Source: Candidatus Levyibacteriota bacterium
GTDB taxonomy: Bacteria; Patescibacteriota; Microgenomatia; Levybacterales; UBA12049
Length of the DNA stretch: 63,136 nt
Direction of reading: 5' to 3'
Assembly: GCA_038254115.1 (NCBI GenBank)
Contig: JBBSGK010000005.1
Location: forward strand, 1-63,136
Part shown: positions 1-8,632 of the stretch, piece by piece
How the letters are laid out: every line of letters starts with the position of its first letter
Position numbering within the stretch: the stretch's first letter is position 1
The notes under the pieces: generated by a model
Databases searched by the model: none
The model's input: the letters and a program-made list of their open reading frames with translations, nothing else
What the model was told of the DNA's origin: nothing
Made by a program: the position numbers and the translations under genes

Positions 1-125
1 GACACTTGCTTGAAGACCGCGATAATTTTGTAAAAGGACTTAGGAATATTGAAAAAGCCGGAATTGTTACGAAATATAAGCAAGTTGAAAACGCAGTTAT
101 ATATAAAGTTAATAAGAAACAATAG
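1..125 (+). CDS. 3' end of an upstream CDS (partial; ...LLEDRDNFVKGLRNIEKAGIVTKYKQVENAVIYKVNKKQ*)
   Basis: The frame is open from the window edge to TAG at 123-125. It is too short to assign, but the tail resembles the wing of a winged-helix protein. Confidence 0.3.
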   Translation, partial: HLLEDRDNFVKGLRNIEKAGIVTKYKQVENAVIYKVNKKQ

Positions 126-142
126 ATATGTTACAAGTTAAA

Positions 143-1234
143 TTAATTATATACAGAAAGAACAGCGTAGAAAAGATATGCTACGTATAGAAGTACAAGC
201 AGATAGCCGGCTTTTTTTCCTATTTTAAATTTTTGGACAAGAAGAACAAAAAATATAGCAATTACCGTAAAGAGTAACAGAAGAACTGAGGAAGACAGAT
301 TTTCGGTAGCTACAACGACATCTTTTTTTGTGTATAAAATATATACGAGCCATGGCAAACCAAGAGCTATAAGAATATCAAATGTATTGCTTCCAACAGC
401 GTTGCTTACTGCCATATCTCCTCTTCCTTTTTTCGCGACAATTAATGACGCCAAAAGATCAGGTACAGATGTTCCGGCCGCGAGAATTGTTAAGGCGATA
501 ATAACCTCAGGTATTCCGACAATTCCGGCAAACCCAACGGCGGATTCAACAAGCGCCCAACTAAGGACAATTATCAGAAGAATTGACATGGAAAATGTCA
601 GCCAGTAAAGCTTGGGTCTTTTTTCAAGGTCAGGAAATAATAACGACAATAATCTATCAACCACGTATACAAATTTTGCGAAAATACCCTTATTCCTCTT
701 AAGAAGAACGTCTTCTTTTTCCATTGCTTTGACTACTTCTTCTTGTTTTTTAAGTTTATTTTTTTCAGGAAACCATTTTCCCCATCTTGAAAGTATAAAT
801 ATATAAACAGCATACGACGCAATATACATACTTGCCTCAGTTAGAGTAATTACCCCGTCTCTAAATGTAAAAAGAAGAACCAGAATCGCGATGACATAAA
901 ACCCCATATCACGGACAACTGGCTTCCAAGACAGAAAAGCTGTTGATACAATTGCTGATCCGCCAACTATTACAAGTATGTTGAAGATCGCCGAACCCAC
1001 AATAGTACCAGCACCTATATTTTCCGATCCCACTTTTGTCAGAGCAATAACTGATGTAAAAAATTCAGGAGCGCTTGTGCCAATTGCCATAAATGTCGCA
1101 CCCGCGACATCTTCCTGAAGCTTGAGTTTATGGGAAATAATATCAAGACTTTTTACAAAATACTGATCGCAGATTTTAGCGAGTAAGTAAAATATAAAAA
1201 CAAGAACAACTATATAAAATAATGCAAGGAACAT
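143..1234 (-). CDS. CaCA-family cation/Ca2+ exchanger (YrbG-like Na+/Ca2+ antiporter)
   Basis: 363 aa and polytopic. It has two alpha-repeat signatures, GTSAPEFFTS and GTSVPDLLAS, typical of the CaCA family. Confidence 0.85.
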   Translation of the reverse strand: MFLALFYIVVLVFIFYLLAKICDQYFVKSLDIISHKLKLQEDVAGATFMAIGTSAPEFFTSVIALTKVGSENIGAGTIVGSAIFNILVIVGGSAIVSTAFLSWKPVVRDMGFYVIAILVLLFTFRDGVITLTEASMYIASYAVYIFILSRWGKWFPEKNKLKKQEEVVKAMEKEDVLLKRNKGIFAKFVYVVDRLLSLLFPDLEKRPKLYWLTFSMSILLIIVLSWALVESAVGFAGIVGIPEVIIALTILAAGTSVPDLLASLIVAKKGRGDMAVSNAVGSNTFDILIALGLPWLVYILYTKKDVVVATENLSSSVLLLLFTVIAIFFVLLVQKFKIGKKAGYLLVLLYVAYLFYAVLSVYN

Positions 1235-1357
1235 AAAAGTTATTTAGACTATTATATAGCAAATTGAATCAATTTTGGTATTTTTTATTAAGCTGCTCTT
1301 TGAAAAAAGTTAATCTTGAGGTGATCTTTGAGAGCACCAAGAGCACACACCATTTTT

Positions 1358-3307
1358 TTAACCGATTTTCTTTTGTAATACTCCCAATGTTAATCCATAG
1401 ACTCCAAAGGTTAGAGCAAACCAGATTGGCGGAAATCCCTTTTCAACAATAATAGGAAATGCTAATGGAAAAAAGAAGTATTGTAAAGCTATCCATCCTG
1501 CTAGAGCATAAAGCACCGAACTCAGAATTTCTTTAATACCACTAGTCCTTCCGATAAAACTAAAGATTGCTCCAAGAATACCCGTTAAAATTAATAAAAC
1601 AATTAGACCAACAATAAAGGGTAAAAAGTTAAACTCTAGAATATTAGCTAAAGCGTCTTTCCCCATTACCATTGAAGCAAATAGACTAGTGGGAGCGTAC
1701 CATGGAAGGTTCAGGACAACCTTTGAAACAAATAACGTAAATACTCCCATAACTGCTCCTGCAATCACACCATATAATCCTCCCTGTCTAACTGAAATAT
1801 TTCCCTTCCCTTTTCCTAAGAAGATCGAAAGCCCAAGGAGCATCACCAGACCTAATAAGGGAACTATTAAACTTGGTCCACCTCTTTGGATACCAACGGA
1901 CGTTTCTGGGTTATCAGATACTTTGGTAACTTTCCAGATAACTCCTGAATTTGGATCAAGCTTTAATCCATCAACGGTAATGTTTACCACTCCCCAATCA
2001 GCAATATACATTGCTCCATCAGGCCCAAAGGTGACGCTAGAAGGATGTTCTAACCCTCCAGCGCTATGTTTTGATGCTTGCCCTGGGACTTTATTAACCA
2101 GAAAATCAGAAATCTGCCCATTCGTTGTATCTACTCTGACAATCTTTATGCCTTGTGGCTTTGTTAAACTACCTGTAGCTGGTGTAAAATCACCAAACAG
2201 GGCTAAGAACATGTCGGTTGGTTTCCCCCAACCGTCTTTAGCAAAGCTAAAACCATTAGCGGCAGCATGGGGTGGAAACTTAGCGATTGGTTTTGGCGGA
2301 TTTTCTGTCGGATGATTTGTGATAAGGAATTCCGGTTGTGGTTTGTCTTTGGTTTTAAATTGCGGATCAGTAACTGGCACATCACAAGCAAAATCAGGCC
2401 ATCCATACCATTTGCCTCGTTCTACTTTATATATGCAATCCCAGGCATTCTCAATAGGTCTGGAACCTCTCGCATCAAAGCCATGCACCGAGATGTATAA
2501 AGCTCCATTAGGGCCAATCTGCAATCCGTAGGGATTTCTCAATCCCCAAGCATACACAGCAAGATCTGTACCATCAGGGTTAGCAGTTAGAACTGCACCA
2601 TTGCATTTCACATCTCCTTTAATTACCGTTCCAGCGGACTGAGTAACTCCAAAGGGGGAATATGCGCTCGTCTTTGTTTTTGGTAAATCATGTCCTGCCA
2701 CATCATCAGATTCAAAAACGGCATTATCTGATAACTTTACATCTTGGCAGGGTATATCATGAAGCTCTTTATTCTCTGATTTTGTAAGCCACCCAAAAAC
2801 TACATTATCAGGACCAACAACTGCTGAATTAGTAACGGTGCCAATACCCACATACATCTTGCCATCTTTGAAAACTAATTGATTAGCTTGATGGTCACCT
2901 CGACCTGGTAATCCAGTAATAATATCATTCAGCGTTCCACCGTCTTGAATAATCGAGACTGTCCCGCCGTGAATCACGTAGATTTTACCTTGATAAAACG
3001 TGACTGCTGTCACAGGAACTTCTTTAGCAAAGACGCCATCTTTTGTAAGGCTTGTCTTTGAACCATCTTTTTCGATCCGTATTACCTTTGGTTCACCCGA
3101 GCCATCATAGCCTGATTCAGCAATCAGCATTCTGCCTTGGTCATCAAAAGCAACCATGGTTGGAGATGCAAGATTATCTACCGCAATTTCTACCTTGTAA
3201 CCTTCAGGTACAGAGATATCAGCGGGCAGTAGAGTTCTTGCCTGAACTGGCCATACTGAAATAAAAAGGGTAACTATAGATAGGATAATACTGAGTATTA
3301 CTTTCAT
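1358..3307 (-). CDS. Secreted beta-propeller, PQQ-dependent glucose/sorbosone dehydrogenase-like, with a C-terminal multi-helix membrane domain
   Basis: 649 aa with a signal peptide (MKVILSIILSIVTLFISVWPVQA). The body is SGDH-like with repeated G-x-LY/IAD blade motifs (e.g. GAMYIADWG). The last ~170 aa form 4-5 hydrophobic helices. Confidence 0.6.
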   Translation of the reverse strand: MKVILSIILSIVTLFISVWPVQARTLLPADISVPEGYKVEIAVDNLASPTMVAFDDQGRMLIAESGYDGSGEPKVIRIEKDGSKTSLTKDGVFAKEVPVTAVTFYQGKIYVIHGGTVSIIQDGGTLNDIITGLPGRGDHQANQLVFKDGKMYVGIGTVTNSAVVGPDNVVFGWLTKSENKELHDIPCQDVKLSDNAVFESDDVAGHDLPKTKTSAYSPFGVTQSAGTVIKGDVKCNGAVLTANPDGTDLAVYAWGLRNPYGLQIGPNGALYISVHGFDARGSRPIENAWDCIYKVERGKWYGWPDFACDVPVTDPQFKTKDKPQPEFLITNHPTENPPKPIAKFPPHAAANGFSFAKDGWGKPTDMFLALFGDFTPATGSLTKPQGIKIVRVDTTNGQISDFLVNKVPGQASKHSAGGLEHPSSVTFGPDGAMYIADWGVVNITVDGLKLDPNSGVIWKVTKVSDNPETSVGIQRGGPSLIVPLLGLVMLLGLSIFLGKGKGNISVRQGGLYGVIAGAVMGVFTLFVSKVVLNLPWYAPTSLFASMVMGKDALANILEFNFLPFIVGLIVLLILTGILGAIFSFIGRTSGIKEILSSVLYALAGWIALQYFFFPLAFPIIVEKGFPPIWFALTFGVYGLTLGVLQKKIG

Positions 3308-3489
3308 TTTTTATTGTGACTTACCATCTCTAATAATTCCTCTTTCGTAAACCGCCAATCTCTTCGACTACCTACTTTTACACCATTGAGTTTTTTCTGT
3401 TGCGCCCAACGGCGAATAGTGCTGACACTTACATTTAAAAAGTGCGCAGCTTGTTGTACGTTAAGTAGTTCTGCTGTTACATTTTCCAT
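3304..3489 (-). CDS. Excisionase/MerR-type helix-turn-helix DNA-binding protein
   Basis: 61 aa. LNVQQAAHFLNVSVSTIRRWAQQKKL matches the excisionase-family HTH pattern. Its stop overlaps the ATG of the downstream dehydrogenase-like gene (ATGA). Confidence 0.75.
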   Translation of the reverse strand: MENVTAELLNVQQAAHFLNVSVSTIRRWAQQKKLNGVKVGSRRDWRFTKEELLEMVSHNKK

Positions 3490-3611
3490 AAATGGCTATA
3501 TTAAACCTTATTATACTAGCCTAGACCACACCAATATACCAAAGAACTATGAGAAGTTGGTAAGAAAATAAAAAAGGTACTGCAAGAAGTACAGACAATT
3601 CAGCGTACCGA

Positions 3612-3631
3612 ATGTAAACTCTACTTGACAA
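3612..3631. promoter_or_regulatory. Operator copy 1: ATGTAAA-N6-TTGACAA (one mismatch to a perfect palindrome); the right arm is a -35 box
   Basis: Read directly from the sequence. TTGACA at 3625-3630, a 17-nt spacer, then TATGAT at 3648-3653 form a sigma70-like promoter for the XRE gene. Confidence 0.55.
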
Positions 3632-3654
3632 AAGCTTGATAATTCATTATGATA

Positions 3655-3674
3655 ATGTCAAATCTACTTGACAT
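3655..3674. promoter_or_regulatory. Operator copy 2: ATGTCAA-N6-TTGACAT (perfect 7-bp inverted repeat)
   Basis: It lies between the predicted -10 (3648-3653) and the XRE start codon at 3685. It starts 43 bp downstream of copy 1, about 4 helical turns. Confidence 0.6.
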
Positions 3675-3684
3675 TGTCTGAAAT

Positions 3685-3897
3685 ATGAGAGAATATATAA
3701 ATAACAAGGTTTTTGAACTTAGACGTAGGAATGGCGCGACACAGGAGGAATTTGCAAAATCAATCGGTGTTTCACGCCAAACAGTAATAGCGATTGAGAA
3801 AGGGAATTATATCCCATCTCTGCTGCTTGGAATAAAAATTGCGAGATTTTTCAAAAGACCGGTTGAAGAAGTATTTACATACAAATATGAAAAATAA
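3685..3897 (+). CDS. XRE/Cro-family HTH transcriptional regulator (YozG-like small regulator)
   Basis: 70 aa. QEEFAKSIGVSRQTVIAIEKGNYIPSLLLGIKIARFF is a canonical HTH_3/XRE motif. Confidence 0.85.
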   Translation: MREYINNKVFELRRRNGATQEEFAKSIGVSRQTVIAIEKGNYIPSLLLGIKIARFFKRPVEEVFTYKYEK

Positions 3898-4252
3898 ATT
3901 TGTTGGAGAAATTATTATCTCAATTGCTCTAATCGGTCTTAGTGCATTTTTTATTGATCCAATGAATTTACTTATGCCTTCCCAAATGCATCCTTTTATG
4001 GTCCCAAGTCTTGTAATACTATTTATTATTTTTGTATCTCTTCTCTGGAAAGAAAAACCAGGAGATGAGCGGGAGCAATTTCATAAATTCATTTCATCAA
4101 GGTTCTCGTATTTTGCAGTAATAGCAACTTTGATAATAGGGGTTATCGTTCAGAGCATAAAAGGATTAATTGACCCATGGCTTGTTATAGCAATTTGCAT
4201 TGCGTTACTGGCAAAAATACTTGGACTGTTTTATGGACACTTTAAAAACTAA
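3887..4252 (+). CDS. Small 4-helix membrane protein, partner of the XRE regulator
   Basis: I chose the ATG at 3887 (MKNKFVGEII...), which overlaps the regulator's stop by 11 nt. The tracked 3839 start lies inside the regulator gene. The protein has several hydrophobic helices. Confidence 0.55.
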   Translation: MKNKFVGEIIISIALIGLSAFFIDPMNLLMPSQMHPFMVPSLVILFIIFVSLLWKEKPGDEREQFHKFISSRFSYFAVIATLIIGVIVQSIKGLIDPWLVIAICIALLAKILGLFYGHFKN

Positions 4253-4267
4253 AGGAGGTGAGTACAT

Positions 4268-4723
4268 ATGAATAAAAATTTGATAATAGGAATTATTGCG
4301 ATATTGATATTGGTTGGAGGAGGAATGTATGTTGCCCATTCTAATTCCGAAAAAGTTGAAACAGAAAAAGCCGCGATGATGAAAAAAGATGAAGACGCAA
4401 AAATGATGAAGGAAAAAGAAGACGCGGTTATGAAAAAAACTGATGAAAAAATGGACGGCGGTAAAGACGAAAAAGCAATGATGGGAACAGGATATATTTT
4501 TAAAAACGGTAAAATGATGGTTGATACCGATGGCAAGATGTCTCCAATGACTCAGAGTGTTACTCTTAAGAACGGAAGCAGCGTTTCGCTAGCGGGTCTA
4601 GTTACCAAAAAAGATGGTACAACGTTCCAGTTAAAGGAAGGGCAATCTATCTGGGAAGATGGAAGTATTGTCACTGATCCTTCGATGATGAAAGAAAAGG
4701 AAGATGCAGCAATGGAAAAATAA
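4268..4723 (+). CDS. Membrane-anchored Met/Lys/Glu-rich protein (C-terminal part resembles DUF6799-type KNGKMM...DG repeats, from memory)
   Basis: Strong SD (AAGGAGG) 8 nt upstream and an N-terminal TM helix. MMKEKEDA-like motifs are repeated (MMKKDEDAKMMKEKEDAVMKK ... MMKEKEDAAMEK). Confidence 0.6.
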   Translation: MNKNLIIGIIAILILVGGGMYVAHSNSEKVETEKAAMMKKDEDAKMMKEKEDAVMKKTDEKMDGGKDEKAMMGTGYIFKNGKMMVDTDGKMSPMTQSVTLKNGSSVSLAGLVTKKDGTTFQLKEGQSIWEDGSIVTDPSMMKEKEDAAMEK

Positions 4724-4745
4724 GCTGCTATGGATTTGGAATCTG

Positions 4746-4776
4746 AAGGGGTTTGTATTTTTAACAAATCCCTTTA
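4746..4776 (+). terminator. Candidate hairpin terminator after the Met-rich gene
   Basis: AAGGGGTTTGT / ACAAATCCCTT stem (10 of 11 pairs) with a 7-nt loop. Only a short T tract follows. Confidence 0.35.
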
Positions 4777-4795
4777 GGTCAAAGATACGGTTTCT

Positions 4796-5392
4796 ATGAA
4801 AATGTTTTTAATTTTCGTATTAGTTATTGGAATAGTAATTGGGTGTGTGATATTTTTACAAAAATCCGGCAATACTAAAAATGCTAACTTGGTTTTGCCG
4901 TTGCCGGTTGCTTCAAGTCAAGTTCGGACTGATACATTGACAATTTTGAATGCCAACAAAATAGCCCCCGAGTTTGCAGGCATTAGCAAATGGCTTAACC
5001 CTGAAAAGCCGTTAACGATTGCGGGACTGCGGGGTAAAGTGGTACTAATAGATTTCTGGACAAATCAATGTATTAACTGTATTCATACACTTCCTTATGT
5101 TACGAAATGGTATGACAAGTATAAAGATAGCGGATTTGTAGTTATCGGAGTGCACACGCCGGAGCTTGCATACGAGAGGACAGTTGCAAGCGTTGAGCAG
5201 GCGATAACTACATATGGTATCCACTACCCTGTCGCGCTGGATAATGATTATTCAACTTGGAAAGCATACGACAACCAATATTGGCCGGCAGAATATCTGA
5301 TTGACAAGAAAGGAATAATTAGACGTACGCACTTTGGTGAAGGAGAATATGAAGAGACTGAGCAGGTAATCCAAACATTACTTAAAGAATAA
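4796..5392 (+). CDS. Membrane-anchored TlpA/ResA-like thioredoxin-fold thiol:disulfide oxidoreductase
   Basis: 198 aa with an N-terminal anchor. FWTNQCINCIHTLP carries a CxxC motif. It is about 50% identical by eye to the thioredoxin domain inside the DipZ-like ORF (YWPAEYLIDKKGIIRRTHFGEG). Confidence 0.8.
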   Translation: MKMFLIFVLVIGIVIGCVIFLQKSGNTKNANLVLPLPVASSQVRTDTLTILNANKIAPEFAGISKWLNPEKPLTIAGLRGKVVLIDFWTNQCINCIHTLPYVTKWYDKYKDSGFVVIGVHTPELAYERTVASVEQAITTYGIHYPVALDNDYSTWKAYDNQYWPAEYLIDKKGIIRRTHFGEGEYEETEQVIQTLLKE

Positions 5393-5412
5393 ATGTAAAG
5401 CCTACTTGACAT
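5393..5412. promoter_or_regulatory. Operator copy 3: ATGTAAA-N6-TTGACAT, overlapping a promoter for the thioredoxin/DipZ/MsrA operon
   Basis: Same 20-bp motif as at 3612 and 3655. TTGACA at 5406-5411, a 17-nt spacer, then TACGAT at 5429-5434, and the ATG 6 nt later. Confidence 0.55.
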
Positions 5413-5440
5413 TAGTCTTTTAGAAGCGTACGATAAGTTT

Positions 5441-5956
5441 ATGAATAAAAATATTATTACAGGGAGTATTATTGCTTTAATAGTAGTTGGAGGTTTTATC
5501 TTCTTCATCAGTCAAAAACCTCACTCAGAAAATTCACAAGTTCAGACAGCAACAAAAGAGGAAGGGAAAATGGTAGCAGGTTACTCTGGTAAAGTTCTCG
5601 CCGGAAGCACATCACCATATATTGCCTTTACAAAAGCGGATTACGGCAAGGCGCAGTCAACCGGAAAAGTAATTTTTCTTGATTTTTATGCCAATTGGTG
5701 CCCAATTTGCCGCGAGGAAACACCTATTCTTAAAGAAGGATTTGATGGATTACAGAATGATAAGATTGTTGGCTTTAGGGTAAATTATAATGACACGGAA
5801 ACAGACGCGGATGAGAAAAAATTGGCAAGTGATTTCAGTATTCCTTATCAACACACAAAAGTGATTTTGAAAAACGGTAAAGAAGTTTTCAGAACTCAGG
5901 AAGCATGGGATAAAGAAACATTTAATACAGAGATTAGCAAAGCGATTGCAAAATAA
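5441..5956 (+). CDS. Membrane-anchored thioredoxin-family protein (WCPIC active site)
   Basis: 171 aa with an N-terminal TM helix. FYANWCPICREE is a thioredoxin-type CxxC motif. Confidence 0.8.
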   Translation: MNKNIITGSIIALIVVGGFIFFISQKPHSENSQVQTATKEEGKMVAGYSGKVLAGSTSPYIAFTKADYGKAQSTGKVIFLDFYANWCPICREETPILKEGFDGLQNDKIVGFRVNYNDTETDADEKKLASDFSIPYQHTKVILKNGKEVFRTQEAWDKETFNTEISKAIAK

Positions 5957-5959
5957 AAT

Positions 5960-7687
5960 ATGTTTTTACTTTTAGGATTCGCATTTTTGGCAGGACTTGT
6001 AACTATTTTGGCTCCATGCATCTGGCCGCTATTGCCGATTGTTTTGTCAGCGTCAGCAACAGGAAAAAGCCACAAAAGGCCTCTTGGGGTAACGCTTGGA
6101 ATTATGTTGAGCTTTACATTTTTTACGCTCGCAATTACCTATCTTGTCCGGATTTTCCATCTTGACCCAAACATTATCAGGATATTTGCTGTAATCGTTT
6201 TAGTTTTCCTAGGTCTTTCCATGATTATTCCGGCTCTTTCAAGGCTTACTGAACTTTGGGTTAGTAGATTAAGCGGGCGATTTGGTATGACAGGGAAAAA
6301 CCTCAATAACGATTTCAGTAGTGGATTTTTGACCGGATTATCACTTGGCATAGTCTGGACTCCCTGCTCAGGACCAATTCTTGCATCAATTGCAACGCTT
6401 GCAGCAACGGGGCAAGTGAGTTTTCAGGTAATTCTGGTGACACTTGCCTATGTAACAGGTGTTGGGATTCCTTTATTTATTTTTGCCTATGGGGGGCAAA
6501 GAGTCGTTGGCAAGACGCGGTTTCTTTCAGCATATACAGGTCGTGTACAGCAGGGATTTGGGATACTAATGTTATTAACTGCTTTAGCCATTTATACAAA
6601 TTACGATAAGGTGCTTCAGCTTAAGCTTCTTGAAGCATTTCCAAGCTATAGTTCAGTGCTGACAAGTTTTGAGAAAAACAGCGCGGTCAAAGACCAGCTC
6701 GACGTCCTTAAAGGCCGAAAATTATCAACTGATACTGATTCCGGAAGTTTATTTAACGCCAATACTCCCGCTCCCGAATTTACAGGGATCACCAAGTGGC
6801 TTAATTCAGAGCCTCTAACTGCAAAAGGCTTAAAAGGTAAAGTTGTACTTGTTGATTTTTGGACGTACACTTGTATCAATTGCATCCGTTCACTTCCTCA
6901 CGTTACCGGTTGGTATGAAAAATACAAGTCTCAAGGGTTTGTTGTTATCGGAGTCCATACGCCTGAATTTGAGTTTGAGAAAGACACCAAAAATGTTCAG
7001 AACGCTATAAAGCAGTACAAAATAAATTACCCGGTGGCACAAGACAATGACTTTGCAACATGGAATAATTACAGCAATCAGTATTGGCCCGCAGAATATT
7101 TGATAGATGCTAAAGGTGTCATAAGGCGTACGCATTTTGGTGAGGGGAAATATGACGAGACCGAGATGGCGATTCAGGCACTTCTTAAGGAAGCAGGTCA
7201 AAAAGTGACCAGTAAAATAGATACCATGTCTGATCAGACACCGACTGGTCAAATTTCACATGAAACATATGTTGGATCCGCTAGGATGAAGTATTATTAT
7301 CCATCAGGAAGCCTGAGCAATGGACACCAGTCGTTTAAATTGTCGGACAACTTAGATCAGAATTCATTTAGTTTGGGCGGAGAATGGGATATTCAAGACG
7401 AATATTCAATTGCAGGAAAAGGGGCAACTCTTAATTATAATTTTTCAGCGGATAAAGTTTATCTAGTCATGAGGCCAGGAAACACAAAAAATGCAAAGGT
7501 TAAAGTTTATCTTGATGGAAAATTAGTTACCCAAGATAAGGCAGGCGCTGATGTGAAAGAAGGAGTGATAAATATTGATTCAGATAGACTTTATAATCTT
7601 ATTGATCTGCATGGAAAAATAGAAAATCATCTTCTGAAGCTTGAATTTACACCCGGCATCGCGCCGTTCGCATTCACTTTTGGATAA
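5960..7687 (+). CDS. CcdA/DsbD-type membrane electron transporter fused to a TlpA-like thioredoxin domain and a C-terminal beta-rich domain (DipZ-like)
   Basis: 575 aa. The N-terminal polytopic part has the CcdA signature Cys residues (ILAPCIWPLLP, WTPCSGPIL). The middle has FWTYTCINCIRSLP. The domain order matches mycobacterial DipZ. Confidence 0.85.
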   Translation: MFLLLGFAFLAGLVTILAPCIWPLLPIVLSASATGKSHKRPLGVTLGIMLSFTFFTLAITYLVRIFHLDPNIIRIFAVIVLVFLGLSMIIPALSRLTELWVSRLSGRFGMTGKNLNNDFSSGFLTGLSLGIVWTPCSGPILASIATLAATGQVSFQVILVTLAYVTGVGIPLFIFAYGGQRVVGKTRFLSAYTGRVQQGFGILMLLTALAIYTNYDKVLQLKLLEAFPSYSSVLTSFEKNSAVKDQLDVLKGRKLSTDTDSGSLFNANTPAPEFTGITKWLNSEPLTAKGLKGKVVLVDFWTYTCINCIRSLPHVTGWYEKYKSQGFVVIGVHTPEFEFEKDTKNVQNAIKQYKINYPVAQDNDFATWNNYSNQYWPAEYLIDAKGVIRRTHFGEGKYDETEMAIQALLKEAGQKVTSKIDTMSDQTPTGQISHETYVGSARMKYYYPSGSLSNGHQSFKLSDNLDQNSFSLGGEWDIQDEYSIAGKGATLNYNFSADKVYLVMRPGNTKNAKVKVYLDGKLVTQDKAGADVKEGVINIDSDRLYNLIDLHGKIENHLLKLEFTPGIAPFAFTFG

Positions 7688-8364
7688 TGAAGAAACAAAT
7701 TAATTCACAATTCAGTATACTCAATCTCAAAAAGACTCCAATTTTATTTATAATATTCGTATCAATAATTACCTCGCTACTTTTTTATAGACAAAATAGC
7801 TTAATAAAAAACAGACATCAATCAAATAAAGTAAAAGGAAATGCAGTTGCTTATTTTGCCGGCGGATGTTTTTGGTCTTCGGAATCAGCGCTTGAAAAGC
7901 TAGATGGAGTGACAGATGCTGTCTCAGGTTATATGGGAGGCGACGAGATAAATCCTAGTTATGAAGATGTTTCATCAGGTAAAACAGGGCATAGAGAGAC
8001 TATAAAAGTTATCTATGATAATAAAAAAGTGTCTTATGATAAATTGACTGAGTATTTTCTCAAACATATAGATCCAACCGATCCGGAAGGTTCATTTTAT
8101 GATCGTGGGTTTCATTATACCTCAGCAATTTATTACTCAACAACAGATGAGAAAGATACAGCAATTCGTATAATCAAAAAGCTTGATAGCACAAAAAAAT
8201 TGTCAAAACCAATAGTGACCAAAATTGAACCGGCAAAAGTGTTTTATTCGGCCGAAGAATATCATCAGGATTATGCAAAGAACAATGCCGTTCAGTATGG
8301 GATTTATCGCGGAGCATCAGGCAGAGATGAATTTTTTTCAAAAACATGGGGCAATACTCATTGA
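7687..8364 (+). CDS. msrA: Peptide-methionine (S)-S-oxide reductase MsrA with an N-terminal membrane anchor
   Basis: GGCFWSSE active-site motif and the conserved MsrA core (GHRETIKVIYD, EEYHQDY). Residues ~17-35 form a TM helix. The start shares one nucleotide with the DipZ-like stop codon. Confidence 0.9.
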   Translation: MKKQINSQFSILNLKKTPILFIIFVSIITSLLFYRQNSLIKNRHQSNKVKGNAVAYFAGGCFWSSESALEKLDGVTDAVSGYMGGDEINPSYEDVSSGKTGHRETIKVIYDNKKVSYDKLTEYFLKHIDPTDPEGSFYDRGFHYTSAIYYSTTDEKDTAIRIIKKLDSTKKLSKPIVTKIEPAKVFYSAEEYHQDYAKNNAVQYGIYRGASGRDEFFSKTWGNTH

Positions 8365-8371
8365 AAAAAAT

Positions 8372-8614
8372 ATGAAAAATATGATTAAAATGTATGGTAC
8401 TCCAACTTGTGATGATTGCCGCCGTAGTAAAGAGGTTCTTGAAAAACATAAAGTTCCTTATGAGTTTTTTGATATCAATACAGATGAGGAAGCGCTTAAT
8501 AAATTATTGGAATTATCAAATGGCGAGCATAGAACACCGGTAATTCTTTTTCCGGATGGCAAGATATTGATAGAGCCCTCAAACAAAGAATTGATTGAAA
8601 CACTAAGTCTCTAA
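8372..8614 (+). CDS. Glutaredoxin-like / NrdH-like small redoxin (CDDC)
   Basis: MKNMIKMYGTPTCDDCRRSKEVLEKHKVPYEFFDI is the glutaredoxin fold pattern. I chose the 8372 ATG because the longer tracked ORF (8225) overlaps msrA. Confidence 0.75.
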   Translation: MKNMIKMYGTPTCDDCRRSKEVLEKHKVPYEFFDINTDEEALNKLLELSNGEHRTPVILFPDGKILIEPSNKELIETLSL

Positions 8615-8632
8615 ATATACTACAATACATGG

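Noticed and set aside
330-806. Plus-strand ORFs of 92 and 64 aa inside the exchanger gene
   Set aside because: They are antisense shadows of a well-supported CaCA transporter. Their composition is low-complexity and they have no start context.
1689-2531. ORFs of 208, 77 and 70 aa on the + strand and a 67-aa ORF on the - strand within the dehydrogenase-like gene
   Set aside because: They lie entirely within, or antisense to, the 649-aa CDS. Their translations look like frame artefacts.
8225-8371. Long N-terminal extension of the glutaredoxin-like ORF
   Set aside because: It overlaps the msrA 3' end in another frame. The glutaredoxin fold begins at the 8372 ATG.
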